Assembly: GCA_023248495.1 (NCBI GenBank)
Contig: JAHFEK010000001.1
Location: 49,195-113,194, forward strand
Length of the DNA stretch: 64,000 nt
Source: Nitrospinales bacterium
GTDB taxonomy: Bacteria; Nitrospinota_A; UBA7883; JACRGQ01
Direction of reading: 5' to 3'
Made by a program: the position numbers and the translations under genes. This document shows, piece by piece, positions 62,728 through 64,000 of the stretch; position 1 is the first letter of the stretch; each line of letters opens with the position of its first letter. The notes under the pieces were generated by a model. It worked only from the letters and a program-made list of their open reading frames with translations, ran no database searches and was not told the origin of the DNA.

Positions 62728-64000
62728 ATGGGTAGAGTGCTTCGGTCATCAGCTTCGCTGGTTTTGGCGTTTTTACTCTTCACGTTAGCCGGATGCGGTG
62801 GTGGCGGTGGAGGAGGAAGCGACACGCCTGCCGCTACAATTCCTCCCGCTACAACTCCCGTTACCAAGGTGGCGGTCACCGGCAGCCTTTCGGCTGCGGC
62901 GGCGAAACCGTCTTTGGGCAAATCCGCGCAGCTTTACGCCGTTAGCAGTTGGGCGGGGGCCACGCTTCAGGTTATCGATTCCACGGGGGCGGTGGTCGGC
63001 ACCGGCACGGTGAACGCCGACGGCACCTACTCCGTCTCGGTTCCAAAGGGCAGTAACTATTTTATTCGTGTTCAGATCGGCAACCTGGTGTTGAAAGCGT
63101 TTGTGCCCAGCGTGACGGCGGACGCAACGGTACCCGTGAATACCACCACCACGGCGGAGGTTTTGGTGTTGGCGTCCGTGCTGGGCGTGGCGAATGCCGG
63201 GGAGCCATCGGTGAGCACCGCCACGGCCATTGCGACTGTTAATGTGACCACGGTAATCACGCAGATAGAAGCGAATACATCCCTTTCCACGCTGGCGGCT
63301 TCGCTGGCCACGGAGATAGCGGGGAGTTATGATTCCACCGCCACGACGCCGGCGATAGGTTCGGCCAGCGTCACGGTGACCGGCACGGTATCCACAATAT
63401 CGGGAACCGTCGGCGGTTCCGTCGTTCCCGCCGCGCCTTCAGCGCCGGCGGGGGTTGGCATTACCGGCGGCAACGGACAGGCGACCATAAGCTGGACGGC
63501 GGTTACGGGGGCGGCTTCATACAACGTCTACTATCGCGCCTCCACCGCCGGGGTGACCAAATTGAACGGGACAAAGAAAACAGGCGCAACGTCGGGCGGC
63601 GCGGTCACCGGCCTTACCAACGGGACGGCATATTACTTTGTCGTGACGGCGGTGAATGCCGGCGGCGAGAGCGCGGTATCTTCCGAAGTTGGCGCCACGC
63701 CGCAGATACCGGTTACCGGTGCTCCGGCGGGGGTTGGCGTTACCGGTGGCAACGCGCAGGCGACCGTCAGTTGGACGGCGGTTACGGGGGCGACTTCATA
63801 CAACGTCTATCGCGGCACTTCCGCGGGCGTGACTAAATCGAACGGAACAAAAACAACAGGCGCAACGTCTGGCGGCGCCATCACCGGCCTTACCAAAGGG
63901 ACGGCATATTACTTTGTCGTGACGGCGGTGAACGCCGGTGGCGAGAGCGCGGTATCCAGCGAAGTATCCGCCACGCCGCTGATTGCCGCGCCAACGGGGG
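62728..64000 (+). CDS. Lipoprotein paralogue of the SBBP/Fn3 protein, 3' end cut by the window edge
   Basis: It is not in the ORF track because no stop occurs before the window end. I translated it by hand from ATG 62728: 'MGRVLRSSASLVLAFLLFTLAGCGGG...QVIDSTGAVVGTGTVNADGTYSVSV...ISWTAVTGAASYNVYY...GLTNGTAYYFVVTAVNAGGES' (two Fn3 domains). Confidence 0.8.
   Translation, partial: MGRVLRSSASLVLAFLLFTLAGCGGGGGGGSDTPAATIPPATTPVTKVAVTGSLSAAAAKPSLGKSAQLYAVSSWAGATLQVIDSTGAVVGTGTVNADGTYSVSVPKGSNYFIRVQIGNLVLKAFVPSVTADATVPVNTTTTAEVLVLASVLGVANAGEPSVSTATAIATVNVTTVITQIEANTSLSTLAASLATEIAGSYDSTATTPAIGSASVTVTGTVSTISGTVGGSVVPAAPSAPAGVGITGGNGQATISWTAVTGAASYNVYYRASTAGVTKLNGTKKTGATSGGAVTGLTNGTAYYFVVTAVNAGGESAVSSEVGATPQIPVTGAPAGVGVTGGNAQATVSWTAVTGATSYNVYRGTSAGVTKSNGTKTTGATSGGAITGLTKGTAYYFVVTAVNAGGESAVSSEVSATPLIAAPTG

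Noticed and set aside
62477-62788. 103-aa plus-strand ORF and 84-aa minus-strand ORF between the GIY-YIG gene and the lipoprotein gene.
   Set aside because: Both are composed of translated family A repeats ('GSSPARQQ', 'PGHPVPRHGRGRHG'). They also overlap the RBS and signal-peptide region of the real lipoprotein gene that starts at 62728.

Overview
High-GC (roughly 60%+) bacterial chromosomal segment, probably from an uncultivated Gram-negative lineage, and densely coding on both strands. I support about 55 protein genes and one tRNA-Pro(CGG). I found no rRNA, CRISPR array, transposase or integrase.

Housekeeping content:
- alaS, def, queC, tsaB, an argG-argF-argD operon, corA, a lolC/E-type permease, an ABC-F ATPase and an HU/IHF-type protein.

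Envelope and glycan genes:
- Two GT2 glycosyltransferases, a WecA/MraY-type GT4, an O-antigen-ligase-like protein, a TPR protein and a lytic transglycosylase.

Signalling:
- Four paralogous PAS hybrid histidine kinases, a REC-DHp protein with no ATPase domain, a LuxR-type response regulator, and an ECF sigma factor.

Large secreted repeat proteins:
- Two SBBP/Fn3 lipoprotein paralogues and a double-NHL-propeller protein.

Items that stand out most:
1. A sharply AT-rich single-gene cassette (31.4-32.5 kb) encodes an apparently catalytically intact class III nucleotidyl cyclase fused to an unrecognisable C-terminal domain. It lies next to a DUF2283/toxin-like pair and is bracketed by dispersed repeats. 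It is a candidate Pycsar-like or novel cyclic-nucleotide defence module with no canonical effector gene.
2. A 958-aa zinc-ribbon membrane protein carries about 18 copies of a motif resembling the CheY-binding 'LSQxEIDxLL' peptide of FliM. This includes eight 81-nt tandem units whose differences are almost all synonymous.
3. An orphan PtxD-like phosphite dehydrogenase.
4. A 1400-aa double-activase fusion with a dedicated ferredoxin immediately downstream.
5. A four-hairpin inverted-duplicate element in the alaS leader.
6. A GIY-YIG gene bracketed by inverted copies of a hairpin repeat family.

All domain calls come from reading motifs by eye. No database search was run.
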